Of a stretch of DNA of 64,000 nt, positions 61,154-64,000 are shown in pieces. Source of the stretch: an uncultured delta proteobacterium (GTDB lineage Bacteria > Myxococcota > Myxococcia > Myxococcales > Anaeromyxobacteraceae); assembly GCA_963814585.1 (NCBI GenBank), contig CAWFDF010000012.1, positions 192,001-256,000 of the forward strand. Direction: 5' to 3'. Both the position numbers and the translations under genes were made by a program. The notes under the pieces were generated by a model that was not told the origin of the DNA, did no database searches, and saw only the letters and a program-made list of their open reading frames with translations. Position 1 is the first letter of the stretch. Each line of letters starts with the position of its first letter.

Positions 61154-62367
61154 GGCGTCGCCCCTTGCTTGAGACCGGCCGGGACCTCACGCCGCGGAGC
61201 GGGCGTGACGCCGGCGAGGATTGGGAACTTGCGGACCACCAGGACGTAGATCACCGTCTCGGTGGCGATCAGCCCGAGGGTGACGAGGATCTCCACCAGG
61301 CTCGGGAAGTAGACCCAGCCGGTGCCGGGGTTGTAGGCCACCAGGAAGACGTCGATGCGGTAGATGGTGCCGCCCAGCATGGAGAGGAGCGCCCCCTGGA
61401 GCTGATGGTCGGGCCGAAGGTCCCTGGCGGTGGCCAGGAAGCGGACGGCCGCCATCAGGAGGATCACGGTCTCGGCCCAGAAGAAGAGGGCCATGCGCCC
61501 GGCGCTCAGGGTGAGGCCGATCTTGCCCTCCACCGCCAGGATGGCGAAGCGCACCACCACGAAGGCGACGATGACGACGCCCACGTACCGCCCCATGGTC
61601 GCCAGCAGCCGGTGCTCCAGGGGCCGATGGAGGGTCAGGCTGGAGAAGATGGACTCGAAGTAGATGACCCCGAAGCCCATCACGAAGGCGGTCATCAGGA
61701 AGAAGAGCGGGAGGAACCCGGTGTGCCAGAGCGGGTGGAGCTTGAGGCCCGCCATCATCATGAGCCCGCCCAGGCTGGACTGGTGCATGGTGGGCAGCAG
61801 GAGACCGAGGCCGACCAGGAAGGGCAGGGCTCGCTCGGCCCGCGGGTGCCAGCGCCGGGCGGTGGCCGCCAGCGAGGGATTCCGGCTCGCCGACAGCCCC
61901 TCGAGCCAGGCCGGAGAGAGCTCCAGGAAGAGCACGGTCACGTAGGCCATCATGCAGAGCGCCACCTCGAGGAGCACCGAGGTGCTGCTCCACTGGTGCG
62001 GCGACAGCGGGATGCGCCACATGGTCCAGTAGCGCCCCAGGTCGAAGGCCACCGCCACGCCGGCCACGCCGTAGCCGAGCAGGCTGGTGAGCAGGGCCGG
62101 GCGGACCAGCGGGTGGTAGCGCCCCTTGTTGAGGATGAAGACCAGGAAGGCCAGGACGTAGCCGCCGCTGGCCAGTCCGGTGCCGATCACCACGTCGAGG
62201 GCGATCCAGATGCCCCACGGGTAGCCGTCGCTCATGGCGGTGGCCGCCCCCAGCCCCTGGATGAAGCGGTACAGGCCGGCCACCGTCCCCAGCGCCCAGA
62301 GCACCAGCAGCGCCTTGACGGCCGGGGTGAGCAGCTTGCCTTCGACGGCCTGGGCGCGGACGGTCAT
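61150..62367 (-). CDS. hybB: NrfD-family membrane subunit of Hyb hydrogenase
   Basis: GYPWGIWI, YHPLVRPA, DLGRYW, LPTMHQSSLG. Confidence 0.92.
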   Translation of the reverse strand: MTVRAQAVEGKLLTPAVKALLVLWALGTVAGLYRFIQGLGAATAMSDGYPWGIWIALDVVIGTGLASGGYVLAFLVFILNKGRYHPLVRPALLTSLLGYGVAGVAVAFDLGRYWTMWRIPLSPHQWSSTSVLLEVALCMMAYVTVLFLELSPAWLEGLSASRNPSLAATARRWHPRAERALPFLVGLGLLLPTMHQSSLGGLMMMAGLKLHPLWHTGFLPLFFLMTAFVMGFGVIYFESIFSSLTLHRPLEHRLLATMGRYVGVVIVAFVVVRFAILAVEGKIGLTLSAGRMALFFWAETVILLMAAVRFLATARDLRPDHQLQGALLSMLGGTIYRIDVFLVAYNPGTGWVYFPSLVEILVTLGLIATETVIYVLVVRKFPILAGVTPAPRREVPAGLKQGATP

Positions 62368-63245
62368 CACTTCTCCTCCTGGCCGGCCGCGGCCGCGCGG
62401 TGGTTCTTCCAGGCCACGAAGGCGAAGGCACCGAACAGCGCCACCGGGGCGACGAAGCCCTGGTAGATGCCGTGCTGGATGGACTCCACCAGCGCCGGCG
62501 CCGGCTCCTTGCCGAGCGCCGGCAGCCCGAGGGGCCCGAAGCCGACCGGCGACAGGTAGAGGCAGGCGGTGCCGCCGCCCTCGGTCTCGCCGTAGACGCC
62601 GCCCTGGTAGGCCGAGGGGGTCGCCGCCAGCCGGCGCTTGGCCTCGGCCAGCAGGTCGGTCCGGCGGCCCGACACCACGGCGCCGCGCGGGCAGGCCTCG
62701 GAGCAGGCGCAGTCCTTGCCCTCGGGCCAGCGGTGGCGGCACAGCTCGCACTTGACGATCTTGGGGGAGGCCGAGGCCCACTCGAACTTCGGCACGTTGA
62801 AGGGGCAGGCGATCTGGCAGTTGCGGCAGCCGACGCACCGCTCCACGTCGTACTGCACCACCCCGCGCTTGCCCTTGTGCAGCGCGCCCATCATGCAGAC
62901 CGAGGCGCAGGCGGGGTCGGCGCAGTGCATGCACTGGGCCTTGAAGTAGCCGCCGCCGGTCTCGGTGCTCCACTGCTTGATGACCGTGAAGTTGGTGGCG
63001 TTGAGGTCCATCGGCGCGTCGTAGGGCGCGCCGCCGATCATGGCCACGCTGGGCGCCAGGTTGTTGGCCTCGCGGCACCTGGTGGAGCAGGCCCGGCACC
63101 CGATGCAGCGGGTGGCGTCGAAGAGGAGCCCCAGGTCGTCGGGGCCGTGCTGCTTCGGCGTGCGCGCCTCAGCCGGGGCCGCCACCGCCGCGCCGGCGGC
63201 CGCCGCGCCCAGGACCTTGAGCGCCCCGCGCCTGGTCATCGTCAT
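62367..63245 (-). CDS. hybA: 4Fe-4S ferredoxin-type subunit of Hyb hydrogenase
   Basis: Tat signal TRRGALK, CIGCRAC, CMHCADPACASVC, CVGCRNCQIACP, C-terminal TM helix. Confidence 0.93.
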   Translation of the reverse strand: MTMTRRGALKVLGAAAAGAAVAAPAEARTPKQHGPDDLGLLFDATRCIGCRACSTRCREANNLAPSVAMIGGAPYDAPMDLNATNFTVIKQWSTETGGGYFKAQCMHCADPACASVCMMGALHKGKRGVVQYDVERCVGCRNCQIACPFNVPKFEWASASPKIVKCELCRHRWPEGKDCACSEACPRGAVVSGRRTDLLAEAKRRLAATPSAYQGGVYGETEGGGTACLYLSPVGFGPLGLPALGKEPAPALVESIQHGIYQGFVAPVALFGAFAFVAWKNHRAAAAGQEEK

Positions 63246-64000
63246 GGCGCCTTCTCCTTCTCGGCACCTTCGGCCTTCTGGACCTCGACCGTCAGCTTGC
63301 GCGAGGCCACGTAGCCGGCGCCGGCCGCGGCGCCGACCACCAGGCCGGCCACGCCGACGGCGATGATGCTCTTCTCGCCCTGGGCCGGGTTCATGCCAGG
63401 GTAGGCCATGGGCGCGGTCGGCCTGTCGATGGGGAGGTTGGCGTGGATGGGGACGTTGAAGACGATCCCCTGCTCGGTGCAGCCGATGCACGGGTGGCCG
63501 GTGCCGATGGGCCAGGCGCCCGGGACCTCGCAGTAGTGGAGCAGCGAGCAGTTGGCGTGGGTCTGCGGCCCCTTGCAGCCGAGCTTGTAGAGGCACCAGC
63601 CGTTGCGGTGGCCTTCGTCGCCGAAGGCCTGCGCGAAGCGGCCGCTGTCGAAGTGGGCGCGGCGCGGGCAGTCCTCGTGGATGACCCGGCCGTAGGCGAA
63701 CTTGGGGCGGCCCTTGTCGTCGAGCGCCGGCAGCGTGCCGAAGGTGGCGAACTGCAGCACGGTGCCGAGCAGGTTGTAGGGGTTGGCCGGGCAGCCGGGG
63801 AGCGTGACCACCGTCTTCCCCTGGAGCGCCTGCGACACGCCGACGGCGCCGGTGGGGTTGGGCGAGGCGGACGGGACGCCGCCCCAGGAGGCGCAGGAGC
63901 CGATGGCGATGACCGCCGCCGCATCCTTGGCCACCCGGGTGAGCGTGTCGATGGCCTTCTCGCCGCCGACGTAGCAGTAGATGCCGTCGTCCTTGAGCGG
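63242..64000 (-). CDS. hybO: [NiFe] hydrogenase small subunit (5' part outside the window)
   Basis: IGSCASWGG, PGCPANP, HEDCPRR, CLYKLGCKGP, HPCIGC, C-terminal anchor. Confidence 0.93.
   Translation of the reverse strand, partial: PLKDDGIYCYVGGEKAIDTLTRVAKDAAAVIAIGSCASWGGVPSASPNPTGAVGVSQALQGKTVVTLPGCPANPYNLLGTVLQFATFGTLPALDDKGRPKFAYGRVIHEDCPRRAHFDSGRFAQAFGDEGHRNGWCLYKLGCKGPQTHANCSLLHYCEVPGAWPIGTGHPCIGCTEQGIVFNVPIHANLPIDRPTAPMAYPGMNPAQGEKSIIAVGVAGLVVGAAAGAGYVASRKLTVEVQKAEGAEKEKAP

Overview
Very GC-rich bacterial chromosomal DNA. Gene content and style (Ser/Thr kinase, FHA protein, sigma-54 two-component system, SufU-type SUF operon, Hyb hydrogenase) suggest an Anaeromyxobacter-like Myxococcota genome; this is inference, not a database result. 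About 58 genes or gene fragments are present. In order: ModF-like ABC ATPase, lemA-TPM-TPM, glgP, S9 and M20 peptidases, an orphan ycaO-tfuA pair, a GNAT / 2H / ATP-grasp / asparagine-synthetase-like block, an Rrf2-sufBCDSUT operon, yaeQ, recQ, two ABC export systems, a sigma-54 HK/RR pair, aldB, pruA, ABC-F, tpx, a HelD-like ATPase, a CsgG-DUF4810-DUF799 lipoprotein operon and hybOABC. No rRNA, tRNA, CRISPR array or transposase was seen. The best candidates for an uncharacterised system are the precursor-less YcaO/TfuA thioamidation pair (variant TfuA motif, long C-terminal extension) and the amide-ligase block. Cis-elements read directly from the DNA are an IscR-like operator before suf and divergent sigma-54 promoters with a palindromic enhancer. 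Many single-base frameshifts and two fragmentary mosaic regions (13.6-14.2 kb, 44.3-47.1 kb) suggest an imperfect long-read or strain-mixed consensus, so pseudogene calls are provisional.
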